32,000 nucleotides of DNA, taken from Cumulibacter soli (GTDB lineage Bacteria; Actinomycetota; Actinomycetes; Mycobacteriales; Antricoccaceae). Position 1 is the stretch's first letter, and each line of letters begins with the position of its first letter. Both the position numbers and the translations under genes were made by a program. Below, one piece after another: positions 1 through 9,409 of the stretch. The stretch covers positions 204,542-236,541 of the forward strand of contig NZ_SMSG01000006.1 of assembly GCF_004382795.1 (NCBI RefSeq), written 5' to 3'. The notes below the pieces were generated by a model. It was not told the origin of the DNA. It searched no databases and saw nothing but the letters and a program-made list of their open reading frames with translations.

Positions 1-547
1 CGGTGAATCCCAGGCCGCGCAAATGGCGCACCAACATATCCCACGAGTCAGGAGCAAACCCGCAGGAAAAGTCCAGTGCCGCTTGTTGCGTGAACCCCCG
101 CTCAGCAAGGAAAGCACGCGCGGTCGAAGCCGCTCCAGGCGCGCCGAGCTGCGCGACGAAGAACTCGACAGCGGCCTTGTTCGCGGCCACCAGTCGTTGC
201 CGCTGTCCCGGTTGGCGCTGGCCTCCGGCAGGGCCGCCGGTTTGTTCGTATCGCAGTTGAAGACCAGCGCGATCCGCCAGCTGTTCGACGGCCTCGGCGA
301 AGCCGACATGCTCCATCTTCTGTACGAAGGAGATAACGTCACCGGACTCGCCGCATCCGAAGCAGTAGAACAATCCGCGGCCCGGCGACACGCTGAACGA
401 CGGCGTCTTCTCGTCGTGGAATGGGCACAAGCCCTTCATGTTCCCGCCGCCCGCGTTGCGCAGGGTTACGTACTCTCCGATCACATCGGCGATCGAGGCG
501 CGCTCACGGACCTCGCGTATGTCCTCGTTCTTGATCAGTCCCGCCAC
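1..547 (-). CDS. dnaG: DNA primase DnaG, N-terminal part (3' end lies off the left edge)
   Basis: Reverse-complement translation from GTG at 547: VAGLIKNEDIREVRERASIADVIGEYVTLRNAGGGNMKGLCPFHDEKTPSFSVSPGRGLFYCFGCGESGDVISFVQKMEHVGFAEAVEQLADRAGLQLRYEQ; CPFH...FYCFGCG zinc-finger of DnaG. Not in the ORF track because it is open at the window edge. Confidence 0.95.
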   Translation of the reverse strand, partial: MAGLIKNEDIREVRERASIADVIGEYVTLRNAGGGNMKGLCPFHDEKTPSFSVSPGRGLFYCFGCGESGDVISFVQKMEHVGFAEAVEQLADRAGLQLRYEQTGGPAGGQRQPGQRQRLVAANKAAVEFFVAQLGAPGAASTARAFLAERGFTQQAALDFSCGFAPDSWDMLVRHLRGLGFT

Positions 548-551
548 CTCG

Positions 552-1808
552 TCACCCGCCCCCGCACAGACGCTTCCACCACGTGATCGCGGCGTTGTCC
601 GTTAACTCAGCGACTTGATCGATGATCGCCCGCAGCCGGTCGGCGTCGCTAGCTGCGTGCTGGTAACTCTCGACGTGCTGATCACGCAACTGGGATGGTT
701 GCTCGCGTAACGCCGCAACGAGTTCGCGAAGTAGTCGCCGTTGCCAAGCCTGCAACGTTGCGGCGCCCTCTCGCTGCATCACATATCGATAGGCGGTTGC
801 TTTCAATAGCGCACATTCGGCCTGCACACGCTCGGGCACCTGCAGATCCGCGGCATACCTGCTCAGCTCGCCCGTGCCGTACTTCTCGCGGGTCGCTCGG
901 ATCGCCGCTGTGGAGAACCGGCCGAGCAGTTCGCTGGTGGCTCGCTTCAATGCCACCCGACCGCGACGTGATGATCCGATGGATGCGCCGTACGCCGCGA
1001 CCTCATCCAGCACCGGCAACCGAAGCAGCCCGCCGAGCACGTCGGCGAGGGCAGACGTGTCAATAGCCAGGTACTCCTGGCTGGCGATCCGGCAGACCTC
1101 GGTAACCTCGCGTGCGTCCGTGAGTCGCGACAGGTCGATCAGACCCGTCATCACACCATCTTCGACATCATGCACGGAATACGCGACATCGTCGGACCAG
1201 TCCATCACCTGCGCTTCCATGCAGGCACGTTCGCCGAGATCTGCGGACCGGGCCCAGGTGAACTGGGGCAGATCGTCGGCGTACACGCCGAACTTCCGGC
1301 GTCCGGCCTGGCGCGCCCAGGGGTACTTACAGGTCGCGTCCAGCGATGCGCGCGTCAGGTTCAAGCCGACACTGGCCTCACCATCAAGCACCTTGGATTC
1401 CAGCCGACACACCACGCGCAGCGTCTGCGCGTTGCCCTCGAAACCGCCGCACTCTTGTGACACGTCGTCCAACGCGCTTTCGCCGTTGTGGCCGAACGGC
1501 GGGTGGCCCAAATCGTGCGCGAGCCCTGCAGCGTCGGCGATGTCGGGATCGACTCCGAGCGCAGCACCCATCTCACGGGCGATCTGTGCGACCTCGAGCG
1601 AGTGGGTCAATCGAGTCCTCGGGAAGTCGTCCTCCCCGGGCACGACGACCTGAGTCTTACCAGCCAAACGCCGGAACGCCGCCGAATGCAGGATCCGGGC
1701 TCGGTCGCGGGCAAACTCCGAGCGCGTGCCCGGATCCTCCCCAGCGAAATAGCTGGTCTTGGGCTGTTCGGTAACGAAACGCTGCACGTCGGCGGCCGTG
1801 TAACTCAC
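552..1808 (-). CDS. dgt: deoxyguanosinetriphosphate triphosphohydrolase-like protein (HD domain)
   Basis: Translation has RSEFARDRARILHSAAFRRLAGKTQV, RTRLTHSLEVAQIAR and AGLAHDLGHPPFGHNGE HD-domain motifs; adjacent to dnaG as in other actinobacteria. Confidence 0.95.
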   Translation of the reverse strand: MSYTAADVQRFVTEQPKTSYFAGEDPGTRSEFARDRARILHSAAFRRLAGKTQVVVPGEDDFPRTRLTHSLEVAQIAREMGAALGVDPDIADAAGLAHDLGHPPFGHNGESALDDVSQECGGFEGNAQTLRVVCRLESKVLDGEASVGLNLTRASLDATCKYPWARQAGRRKFGVYADDLPQFTWARSADLGERACMEAQVMDWSDDVAYSVHDVEDGVMTGLIDLSRLTDAREVTEVCRIASQEYLAIDTSALADVLGGLLRLPVLDEVAAYGASIGSSRRGRVALKRATSELLGRFSTAAIRATREKYGTGELSRYAADLQVPERVQAECALLKATAYRYVMQREGAATLQAWQRRLLRELVAALREQPSQLRDQHVESYQHAASDADRLRAIIDQVAELTDNAAITWWKRLCGGG

Positions 1809-2429
1809 CTACACCGCCATCCCGGTCTCCGGTGAACCGCCGAACAACCCGTAATACAGCAGCGCGCCGGTTTCCCGGACGATGTACTTCAGCTGCGTCT
1901 CGCGAGTCTGTACGGCGGGCCCTGCTCGGGTCGGCGAACCGTAGGTGGTGATGCCCTGATCCGAGATCATGGTCATCGCCCGCAATGTGTGCGGCGGATC
2001 AGTCACCACGATCGCGTCGTCGAGACCGTGCTCTTCGTAAACCGGCACGAGCGCTTCGGCGCTGGTGAGCGTATTCGTGCCCGACTCCACCGCAATGACC
2101 GCGTCCTCGGGGACGCCGCCCTCCTCGACCAGCCATTTCTTACCGGCGCTCGCCTCCGTATAGACGTCGCCAGCTTGATTTCCGCCCACGGTGACGATCG
2201 TATCTGCGTAACCGTCGCGCCACAGGTCGAGCGCATGCTGCAGCCGCCATTGGAACACCGGTGAGGGTTCGCCGTCGTATTGCGCCGCGCCAAGCACGAC
2301 GATGGAGTCGGCGTGATGTGTATCGGTGTCTCGCGCTACTTTCCAGACGGCGAACGCCACACCGAACGTCCCCAACACACACCCGACCAGCAGCCCGGCA
2401 AGAATACGGGCGAAGAACCTGCCGATCAC
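1809..2429 (-). CDS. YdcF/SanA-like DUF218-family membrane-anchored protein
   Basis: N-terminal TM segment then ADSIVVLGAAQYDGEPSPVFQWRLQHALDLWRDGYADTIVTVGG...ESGTNTLTSAEAL, typical DUF218 pattern. Confidence 0.85.
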   Translation of the reverse strand: MIGRFFARILAGLLVGCVLGTFGVAFAVWKVARDTDTHHADSIVVLGAAQYDGEPSPVFQWRLQHALDLWRDGYADTIVTVGGNQAGDVYTEASAGKKWLVEEGGVPEDAVIAVESGTNTLTSAEALVPVYEEHGLDDAIVVTDPPHTLRAMTMISDQGITTYGSPTRAGPAVQTRETQLKYIVRETGALLYYGLFGGSPETGMAV

Positions 2430-2504
2430 GCTGCTACTCCGATCCCGCAGTGGTGTGCCGAGTTCCAGTCTATGGCGAGTGTCTGGCGCGTCGATGAAGG
2501 TACG

Positions 2505-3632
2505 TCAGCCACCAGAAACGTCGATCTCAGCACCGAACGGCACCGCGCAGCTGTCCCGGTCCGCCAACCATCCCTCCGGCAGCGTCACCTTGCGGGTCCC
2601 GGTCGAGCGGCCCCTGGCCAGTCCCAGGATGCTTAGCGGATAAGGCTGGTCGCCATGCGCCTGGAGGAGTCCGTCCAGCAGGTCGTCGAGGTCACGCAGA
2701 CTTCCGATCAGTCCGAGCTTCTGGCGGACCTCCGAACCCGCGCGAAACCCCTTCAGGTACCACGAGACGTGTTTGCGGAAGTCGCGCGTGCCACGAGGCT
2801 CGCCCAGATCCTCCACCATGTACGAGGCATGTTCACGCATCGTGTCAGCGACCTCGGACAACGACGGGCGTACCCGTTCACTCGACCCGGCGAAGGCATT
2901 CGCGAGGTCGGCGAACAACCACGGCCGACCGAGGCAGCCACGGCCGACTACGACGCCTGCGCAGCCGGTCTGTTCCACCATCGCCAACGCGTCATCGGCC
3001 TCCCAAATGTCACCGTTGCCGAGCACCGGCACGTCGAGTTCGTTGACGAGCATGGTGATCGCGTTCCAGTCGGCCGTCCCGCCGTACATCTGCGCGGCGG
3101 TCCGCCCATGCAGCGCGACCGCCTGTACGCCCTCCTCCTGCGCGGTACGACCTGCCTCCAGGAAGGTGAGGTGCTCGTGATCAATGCCCATCCGCATTTT
3201 CACCGTGACCGGCACCCGACCGTCCGCGGCGTGTACGGCCGCGCCCACGATGGCGCGAAACAGATTGCGCCGCCACGGCAGGGCCGCGCCGCCACCCTTG
3301 CGGGTCACCTTCGGAACCGGGCACCCCATGTTGAGGTCGATGTGATCGGCGCGGTCCTCCTCAACAAGGATGCGTACGGCGGTCGCAACGATCGCTGGGT
3401 CTGTGGCATACAACTGCACCGATCGCGGCGTTTCGCTGGGGTGGAACCGCAACATGTCCATCGTCAACGGCGTGCGTTCGACCAGTGCGCGAGTCGTGAT
3501 CATTTCCGATACGTATAACCCGGCACCGTACTGCCGACAGACCCGTCGGTACGCGCTCGTGGTGATCCCGGCCATCGGCGCGAGCACGACGGGAGGATCC
3601 ACTGGAATCGCGCCGAAACTGAGCGTCTTCAT
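2505..3632 (-). CDS. dusB: tRNA-dihydrouridine synthase DusB
   Basis: VVLAPMAGITTSAYRRVCRQYGAGLYVSEMITTRAL, HIDLNMGCPVPKVTRKGGGAALPW, VTVKMRMGID, LHGRTAAQMY. Start taken at MKTLSFGAIPVD, overlapping the upstream stop by ATGA. Confidence 0.93.
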   Translation of the reverse strand: MKTLSFGAIPVDPPVVLAPMAGITTSAYRRVCRQYGAGLYVSEMITTRALVERTPLTMDMLRFHPSETPRSVQLYATDPAIVATAVRILVEEDRADHIDLNMGCPVPKVTRKGGGAALPWRRNLFRAIVGAAVHAADGRVPVTVKMRMGIDHEHLTFLEAGRTAQEEGVQAVALHGRTAAQMYGGTADWNAITMLVNELDVPVLGNGDIWEADDALAMVEQTGCAGVVVGRGCLGRPWLFADLANAFAGSSERVRPSLSEVADTMREHASYMVEDLGEPRGTRDFRKHVSWYLKGFRAGSEVRQKLGLIGSLRDLDDLLDGLLQAHGDQPYPLSILGLARGRSTGTRKVTLPEGWLADRDSCAVPFGAEIDVSGG

Positions 3633-4372
3633 CGCATCCACGTCAACGTGTCCGAACCGTCGCGCCATTGAACTCCGCGCACATCGAGTTCGGTGGCGAT
3701 GAGGTAGAACATGTGCCCAGCCACCGTCTCTTCGGGCATGACCGCGCCATCGCGAAAACCTGGATGGCTCGCGACTTCAGCGGGAGCTGCCAGATGCACG
3801 CCGCCGTCGCTGTCGATCACGCACAATCCACGCGAAGGAACAATCTCCACCGGCTCATTGCCTTTATTCGTGAAAAGCGCTCCGACGACAGCCGATGAGA
3901 ACCCTTCGGGAATCTGCAGCCCCGCCTCGATGAAGACCTCATCGGCCGGGTATTGCACAGCCAACACGCGCCACCCGGCACGCAAACCGAAACTCCCGTC
4001 ACCCTCCAGCAGGTCGCCGATCTTGCCCGAGCGAGGCTCTAAGAGTTCGTCTTGGCTCAACGTCCCGCTGGACTCAGGGGCCGCCGGTACCGACTGTTCT
4101 GTCCGTGGCTCGCTCGGTGGCGGGGGCGGTGGTGCGCCCTGATAGCCCGGAGGTGGACCCTGCGGCCTCCGCGGCCCCGGTGGCGGATACTGAGGCCTGC
4201 CGTACCCCGGCGGCGGGCCCTGCGGCGGGTAAGGCTGCGGACGGTATCCGGGCGGCGGTCCCTGCGGCGGGTACCCCGGGGGCCTACCTGGTGGAGGCCC
4301 CTGAGGTGGGTATCCCGGCGGGGGGCCGTAGCCCGGTGGGGGGCCGTAGCCCGGTGGCGGACCGTAGGTCAT
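3629..4372 (-). CDS. hypothetical protein with Pro/Gly/Tyr-rich N-terminus and C-terminal globular (DUF4352-like) region
   Basis: Translation MTYGPPPGYGPPPGYGPPPGYPPQGPPPG...; start taken at MTYG (4372); C-terminal part GWRVLAVQYPADEVFIEAGLQIPEGFSSAVVGALFTNKGNEPVEIVPSRGLCVIDSDGG. Family assignment tentative. Confidence 0.75.
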   Translation of the reverse strand: MTYGPPPGYGPPPGYGPPPGYPPQGPPPGRPPGYPPQGPPPGYRPQPYPPQGPPPGYGRPQYPPPGPRRPQGPPPGYQGAPPPPPPSEPRTEQSVPAAPESSGTLSQDELLEPRSGKIGDLLEGDGSFGLRAGWRVLAVQYPADEVFIEAGLQIPEGFSSAVVGALFTNKGNEPVEIVPSRGLCVIDSDGGVHLAAPAEVASHPGFRDGAVMPEETVAGHMFYLIATELDVRGVQWRDGSDTLTWMR

Positions 4373-4424
4373 TGGCACTCCCCTCCATTGCGTATGTGCG
4401 TCTACGTGTCGATCTCGGATTCCG

Positions 4425-5822
4425 TTACGAGCCAATCAGCTTCGGCGCCAGGTATCCCAGCAATGCATCGATGCCGACGCGCTCCTGCTGCATCGTGTCT
4501 CGCTCACGCACAGTCACCGCATTGTCGTCCAGCGAATCGAAGTCGACGGTGATGCAGAACGGCGTACCGATCTCGTCCTGACGACGGTACCGGCGTCCGA
4601 TCGCTCCTGCATCGTCGAAATCAATGTTCCAGTTCTGGCGCAGCAGCGACGCGACGTCCTTTGCTTTAGGCGAAAGGTCAGCGTTGCGCGACAGCGGCAG
4701 TACGGCGGCCTTGACCGGCGCGAGCCGAGGATCAAGGCGCAGCACCGTGCGTCGATCCACACCGCCCTTCGTGTTGGGCGCCTCGTCTTCGGCATACGCG
4801 TCCACGAGGAACGTCATGATCGAACGGGACAAGCCCGCCGCGGGCTCGATGACGTACGGCGTGTAACGCTCACCCGAGTTTGGATCGTGGAACTCCAGCG
4901 TGTTACCCGAGTGCTTGCTGTGGCTGCTGAGGTCAAAATCGGTACGGTTCGCGACACCTTCGAGCTCGCCCCATTCGCTGCCGCTGAATCCGAACCGATA
5001 CTCGATGTCGACAGTCCGCTTCGAGTAGTGCGACAACTTCTCCTTGGGGTGCTCAAAGTGCCGCAAGTTGTCGGGGTTGATTCCGAGGTCGGTGTACCAC
5101 TTCGTGCGCTCATCGATCCAGTACTGGTGCCACTGCTCGTCTTCACCGGGCTTGACGAAGAACTCCATCTCCATCTGCTCGAATTCACGAGTGCGGAAGA
5201 TGAAGTTGCCCGGGGTGATCTCGTTGCGGAACGACTTGCCGGTCTGCGCGATACCGAACGGCGGCTTCTTACGCGAGGCCTGCATGACGTTAGCGAAGTT
5301 GACGAAGATGCCCTGGGCGGTCTCCGGGCGCAGATAGTGCAGACCGGACTCGTCCTCGATGACGCCCAGGTAAGTCTTGAGCATCATCTGGAAATCGCGC
5401 GGCTCCGTCCACTGGCCCTTAGTGCCGCAGTCAGGACAGGCGATCTCGCTCATCGGAACAGCGTCCGGATCGTCGAGGCCCTTCTTCTCCGCGTACGCCT
5501 CTTGTAGGTGGTCCTGGCGGTGCCGCTTGTGGCATTGCAGGCACTCGATCAGCGGATCGGTGAACGTGCCGACGTGCCCCGAGGCGACCCAGGTTTCGCG
5601 CGGCAGAATGATCGACGAGTCCAGACCGACTACGTCATCACGACCGTGCACCATGGAACGCCACCACTGGCGACGGATGTTCTCCTTCAACTCCGCACCC
5701 AGTGGACCGTAGTCCCAGGCGGACCGGGTGCCGCCGTAGATCTCGCCGCTGGGGAATACGAAACCCCGGCGCTTGCATAGGCTGACGACCTGGTCGATCT
5801 TCGAAGGTGCGGGCTTGGCCAC
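4425..5822 (-). CDS. glyS: glycyl-tRNA synthetase (single-chain class II)
   Basis: [95 protein letters not shown]. Confidence 0.97.
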   Translation of the reverse strand: MAKPAPSKIDQVVSLCKRRGFVFPSGEIYGGTRSAWDYGPLGAELKENIRRQWWRSMVHGRDDVVGLDSSIILPRETWVASGHVGTFTDPLIECLQCHKRHRQDHLQEAYAEKKGLDDPDAVPMSEIACPDCGTKGQWTEPRDFQMMLKTYLGVIEDESGLHYLRPETAQGIFVNFANVMQASRKKPPFGIAQTGKSFRNEITPGNFIFRTREFEQMEMEFFVKPGEDEQWHQYWIDERTKWYTDLGINPDNLRHFEHPKEKLSHYSKRTVDIEYRFGFSGSEWGELEGVANRTDFDLSSHSKHSGNTLEFHDPNSGERYTPYVIEPAAGLSRSIMTFLVDAYAEDEAPNTKGGVDRRTVLRLDPRLAPVKAAVLPLSRNADLSPKAKDVASLLRQNWNIDFDDAGAIGRRYRRQDEIGTPFCITVDFDSLDDNAVTVRERDTMQQERVGIDALLGYLAPKLIGS

Positions 5823-6033
5823 GGTGCTGATACTCCATCCGGCTGGCGGTCGGCGGTGATGAGAAATGGGATTGCCTCGACGAACCTAGCGAGGCCAACC
5901 TCTCCATCCTACGCGGTGACTTGAGTGCACCGTGTCTGGCTTCAGTGCTCGGCCGCGGCCCTCACGGTCGCGGTGCTTACGGTGCTCGCCAGGTGCCAGG
6001 ATTGTCGCGGCACGTCAGATGTACCGCCGCGTC

Positions 6034-6732
6034 TTAATTAGGGCTCGGCGGCGGCACCGCGCCGGTGGGGCTCGCGGGCTCGTCGGGCTCGAAGTTGCAG
6101 ACCTCGAAGTCGCCTTCGTCGTTCTTCTCGAGCGTGAAGTTGATCTGCATTTCGTCACCGTTCACGGTGACCGCGACGACCGCCGTACCAGTGTCGCCCT
6201 CCTCCTGCGCATCCTTGATCTCGTAGGCCATGTCGGACGGGAAACCCGCGCTGTCTGCATCGCCGAACATCTCGTCCACCAGCGGGCACGATACGTCCTT
6301 CGCGGCGGCCAAATCACCGTCCGCGACTTCGGCCATCCACACGTCGACGGTCTCCTCGACGCCACGGCCGCCACCGCTGAGCACCAGAAACAAGGTGACG
6401 CCTATCGCCGCGAGCAGCACGATCCCGCCCGCCAGGAACCCGAGAACCTTCCCATTGCCGGCCTTGGTCGGCGGTGCGCCCCACTGCTGCTGGGGTTGCC
6501 CGTACTGCTGAGGTTGCCCGTACTGCTGCTGGCCATATGGCGCCTGCTGACCAAACGTCGGCGCGCCCTGCCCGTATGGCTGCGAGTAGCCATACGGCTG
6601 CCCCTGCCCGTGGGACTGCTGACGGTCGTTCGGCTGCCCCTGCCCGTGGGACTGCTGACGGTCGTTCGGCTGCGCCAGCCCGTGGGGTTGCTGAGGGTCG
6701 TTCGGCTGCGTCGGCCCGGGTGGTTGCGTCAT
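6034..6732 (-). CDS. hypothetical single-pass membrane protein with Gln/Pro-rich cytoplasmic repeat region and extracytoplasmic DUF4878-like domain
   Basis: Start at MTQPPGPTQPNDPQQ; 12-aa repeats, TM segment VLGFLAGGIVLLAAIGVTLFLVLS, then VEETVDVWMAEVADGDLAAAKDVSCP. Confidence 0.75.
   Translation of the reverse strand: MTQPPGPTQPNDPQQPHGLAQPNDRQQSHGQGQPNDRQQSHGQGQPYGYSQPYGQGAPTFGQQAPYGQQQYGQPQQYGQPQQQWGAPPTKAGNGKVLGFLAGGIVLLAAIGVTLFLVLSGGGRGVEETVDVWMAEVADGDLAAAKDVSCPLVDEMFGDADSAGFPSDMAYEIKDAQEEGDTGTAVVAVTVNGDEMQINFTLEKNDEGDFEVCNFEPDEPASPTGAVPPPSPN
6595..6702. repeat. three tandem copies of a 36-bp unit (first two identical, third diverged)
   Basis: CGGCTGCCCCTGCCCGTGGGACTGCTGACGGTCGTT at 6595-6630 and 6631-6666; 6667-6702 CGGCTGCGCCAGCCCGTGGGGTTGCTGAGGGTCGTT. 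In frame, encodes QPNDRQQSHGQG-type repeats. Confidence 0.9.
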
Positions 6733-6831
6733 CGTTTCCTCGCCAGTAGTCACATTAGTCAAGTCGCGCTAGGCGGTGACCCTACTCCGGCGTGGCCGCT
6801 GTACGCGGCGACCTTTCGGTGAAGATTTACC

Positions 6832-7224
6832 TCACCGAGGCCCCCACGATGCGGGTGGCTCCGGACGCGTACCGAAGTCGCCGATTCCCGTGCCGTGCGC
6901 GTCATCAGCGAGGTCTCCGGCGATTCGGCTAACGCCCTCATCGTCGGCGGCAAGCACAGGCTCGAAACCCGTGACCTCATCGCGCGCAAGGTACATGAAC
7001 GGCGTGGCATGGACCTTCACGTCGTAATCGGACAACGCGCGACGGTAGCTGCCGACGTTCAGCCACCGGGTACTCAGCACCCACGTCTGTGGCTCGTCGG
7101 TGCTGCGCGCTAGTTCACCGCCGCGGAATCCGGCGCACCTGCTGAGGGCACCAAGCGCCAGTTCCCCCTGCGCGATGAACGCCCCGCGGTCGTCGGGTCG
7201 ATCGAACCGAATTATCGCCTGCAT
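6832..7224 (-). CDS. small protein resembling antibiotic biosynthesis monooxygenase (ABM) fold proteins
   Basis: MQAIIRFDRPDDRGAFIAQGELALGALSRCAGFRGGELARSTDEPQTWVLSTRWLNVGSYRRALSDYDVKVHATPFM; start alternatives at 7224 or 7260. Confidence 0.6.
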   Translation of the reverse strand: MQAIIRFDRPDDRGAFIAQGELALGALSRCAGFRGGELARSTDEPQTWVLSTRWLNVGSYRRALSDYDVKVHATPFMYLARDEVTGFEPVLAADDEGVSRIAGDLADDAHGTGIGDFGTRPEPPASWGPR

Positions 7225-7278
7225 CGTCCCCACCCGCCGGATCACGTCGTATGCATTCATGCAACTTTGACAATAAGT

Positions 7279-8139
7279 ATGCCGCTGGAGCAACGTAGAC
7301 CAGTGCCTCGCTCCCCCTCCACCGACCAGGACGTCGTCGTGCAGACACGTGGCCTGCGTGCGGCGTACGGCTCCCACACGGTGTTGTCCGACATCAACCT
7401 CACGGTACGACGCGGCGAGGTGCTCGCCATCATCGGCTCGAACGGCTCGGGTAAGTCGACGCTCATGCGCTCGCTCATCGGCCTCATACCCGATCGAACC
7501 GGCACCGTCACTCTGTTCGGTCGAGACCGGATCACCCCCGCTGAGCGCAAACGAATCGGCTATGTCCCACAGCGGGTGAGTGCGGCGTCCGGCGTACCGT
7601 CGACGGTCGTCGAAGTCGTGGAGTCCGGCCTGCTGTCAGGTATCTTCCACCGCACTGGCGGCGCGCGTCGTCGCGCCGCAGTGGACGCCGCGCTCGAGGC
7701 CACCGCGATCACTGACCTGCGCTCGCGTCCGGTCGCAGCGTTGTCCGGCGGCCAGCAGCAACGCGTGTTGATCGCGCGCGCCCTGGTCCGCGAACCCGAA
7801 CTCCTGTTGCTCGACGAACCGCTCGCCGGCGTCGACCTCGAGCAACAGGCGGCGTTCGCGACGACCCTGCGCACCATCGCGGCTGCCGACCGCACGATCA
7901 TTCTCGTGCTGCACGAGTTCGGCCCGATCGCTCCCTTATTGACGCGTGTGATCTCGCTGGACGGCGGCAAGGTGCAGTACGACGCTTCACCGCAGGACGC
8001 GCCAACCCACTGTGAAAGTAACGACAAGCCCAGTTGGGTGCACGCGGCACACGACCACGTACACCCGCACGAGGCGCCCGAGCCAGGCGGCGCCGAGTGG
8101 GTCCCTGAGGTCCTGTCGATGCGAGGTTCCGAACGGTGA
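7279..8139 (+). CDS. znuC: metal (probably zinc/manganese) ABC transporter ATP-binding protein
   Basis: Walker A IIGSNGSGKSTLMRSL, signature LSGGQQQRVLIARAL, Walker B LLLLDEPLAGVD; followed immediately by the permease. Start ambiguous (7279 ATG or 7303 GTG). Confidence 0.88.
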   Translation: MPLEQRRPVPRSPSTDQDVVVQTRGLRAAYGSHTVLSDINLTVRRGEVLAIIGSNGSGKSTLMRSLIGLIPDRTGTVTLFGRDRITPAERKRIGYVPQRVSAASGVPSTVVEVVESGLLSGIFHRTGGARRRAAVDAALEATAITDLRSRPVAALSGGQQQRVLIARALVREPELLLLDEPLAGVDLEQQAAFATTLRTIAAADRTIILVLHEFGPIAPLLTRVISLDGGKVQYDASPQDAPTHCESNDKPSWVHAAHDHVHPHEAPEPGGAEWVPEVLSMRGSER

Positions 8140-8960
8140 CGGTTCTGCTCGCAGACAGCATTCTGAGCATTCCGTTCATGCAAAAGGCGCTCATCGCCGC
8201 CGTGCTCGTCGGGATATGTGCGCCGGCAGTAGGCATTTACATCGTGCAGCGGAAGCTGTCGCTGATGGGAGACGGGATCGGGCACATCGCTTTCGCCGGC
8301 GTGGGCCTCGGCGTGCTGACCGGAACCTCACCGGTGATCACCGCCGTGATCGTCTCGGTCGTCGGCGCCGTCGTCACCGAACTGGTCCGCTCGAAAGCGA
8401 AAACCAGCGGCGATCTCGCGCTGGCGATCCTGTTCTACGGCGGTATCGCGGCCGGCGCGCTCATGATGTCCATGCAGAACTCCGGCGGCGCGACCGTACA
8501 GTCATTCCTCTTCGGTTCGATCCTGACGGTGAACGATGAAGATCTCACCGTGATCGCGATCCTGGCGGCTGTCGTTCTCCTGATCACGATTGGCCTACGG
8601 AAGGTGCTCTACGCGGTCAGCAACGACGAGGAATTCGCCCGGGTCGGCGGGCTTCCGGTCAATCTGCTGAACATCATGATCGCGGTGACGACCGCGCTCA
8701 CGGTGTCGGTATCGATGCGGGTGGTTGGCCTTCTACTGATTAGCGCGCTGATGGTGTTGCCGGTCGCCGCATCGTCCCAACTCGCGAAATCGTTTTCAAC
8801 CACACTGTTTGGCGCGATCGCAATCGGATTGCTCGTGGCAGTCGTCGGCGTCCTGCTGTCGTACCCGCTGGACGTGGGGCCCGGCGCGCTTATCGTCATC
8901 CTCGCGATCGCGATGTTCTTCGTCTCGGCACTGCTCGGTAAGGTGGTACGACGCACATGA
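8136..8960 (+). CDS. znuB: ABC-3 family metal transporter permease
   Basis: Hydrophobic, FMQKALIAAVLVGICAPAVGIYIVQRKLSLMGDGIGHIAFAGVGLG..., typical ZnuB/MntB permease; ATGA-type coupling with ATPase gene. Confidence 0.9.
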   Translation: MTVLLADSILSIPFMQKALIAAVLVGICAPAVGIYIVQRKLSLMGDGIGHIAFAGVGLGVLTGTSPVITAVIVSVVGAVVTELVRSKAKTSGDLALAILFYGGIAAGALMMSMQNSGGATVQSFLFGSILTVNDEDLTVIAILAAVVLLITIGLRKVLYAVSNDEEFARVGGLPVNLLNIMIAVTTALTVSVSMRVVGLLLISALMVLPVAASSQLAKSFSTTLFGAIAIGLLVAVVGVLLSYPLDVGPGALIVILAIAMFFVSALLGKVVRRT

Positions 8961-9001
8961 CAATCCATCAGCTGCACGAAAAGTCCCCGGTAGGAGACCC
9001 G

Positions 9002-9373
9002 ATGAACGATGAGGCACCGATCCACGACGGCGCCCTCAGCGACGTCACCCCGAAAGTCTCCTCGCGCGGCGGCACCTCCGCGTTCATGGCCGCGGGAGAG
9101 TTGCTGAAGGCATTGTCGGCGCCGCTGCGCGCCCACCTGATCTCACTGCTCGACGAGCACGGTCCGATGTGCGTACACGAGTTGGTCGAGTCCTTGGACG
9201 TCGCACAACCGCTGGTGTCCCAGCACCTTCGGATCCTGCGCTCAGCCGGGGTCGTCGTCGGCGATCGTCACGGGCGCGAAGTGGTGTACCGGCTCGCCGA
9301 CGACCACATTGCACACATCGTGGCCGACGCCGTCAGCCACGCCAAGGAGCACCACAACTCCCACGTCGGCTAG
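9002..9373 (+). CDS. smtB: ArsR/SmtB-family metalloregulator
   Basis: Winged-helix LLKALSAPLRAHLISLLDEHGPMCVHELVESLDVAQPLVSQHLRILRSAGVV; C-terminal DDHIAHIVADAVSHAKEHH fits the alpha5 zinc motif D-x-H-(x)10-H-x-x-E/H. Start at ATG 9002 after GGAG. Confidence 0.85.
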   Translation: MNDEAPIHDGALSDVTPKVSSRGGTSAFMAAGELLKALSAPLRAHLISLLDEHGPMCVHELVESLDVAQPLVSQHLRILRSAGVVVGDRHGREVVYRLADDHIAHIVADAVSHAKEHHNSHVG

Positions 9374-9409
9374 TCCGGGCCGGCCTACACCGCGCCGACA
9401 GCGGCCGGA

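Noticed and set aside
874-1653. 259-aa plus-strand ORF
   Set aside because: Antisense to dgt, Ser/Arg-rich GC shadow frame.
2655-3518. 287-aa plus-strand ORF
   Set aside because: Antisense to dusB, no recognisable protein signature.
4321-4370. Possible CRISPR-like or regulatory repeats in GPPPGY-encoding DNA
   Set aside because: 18-bp units are directly adjacent, in frame and coding; no spacers or cas genes.
5823-6033. Possible T-box or other riboswitch leader upstream of glyS
   Set aside because: No recognisable T-box motif or specifier stem-loop could be identified by eye; ordinary GC-rich leader.
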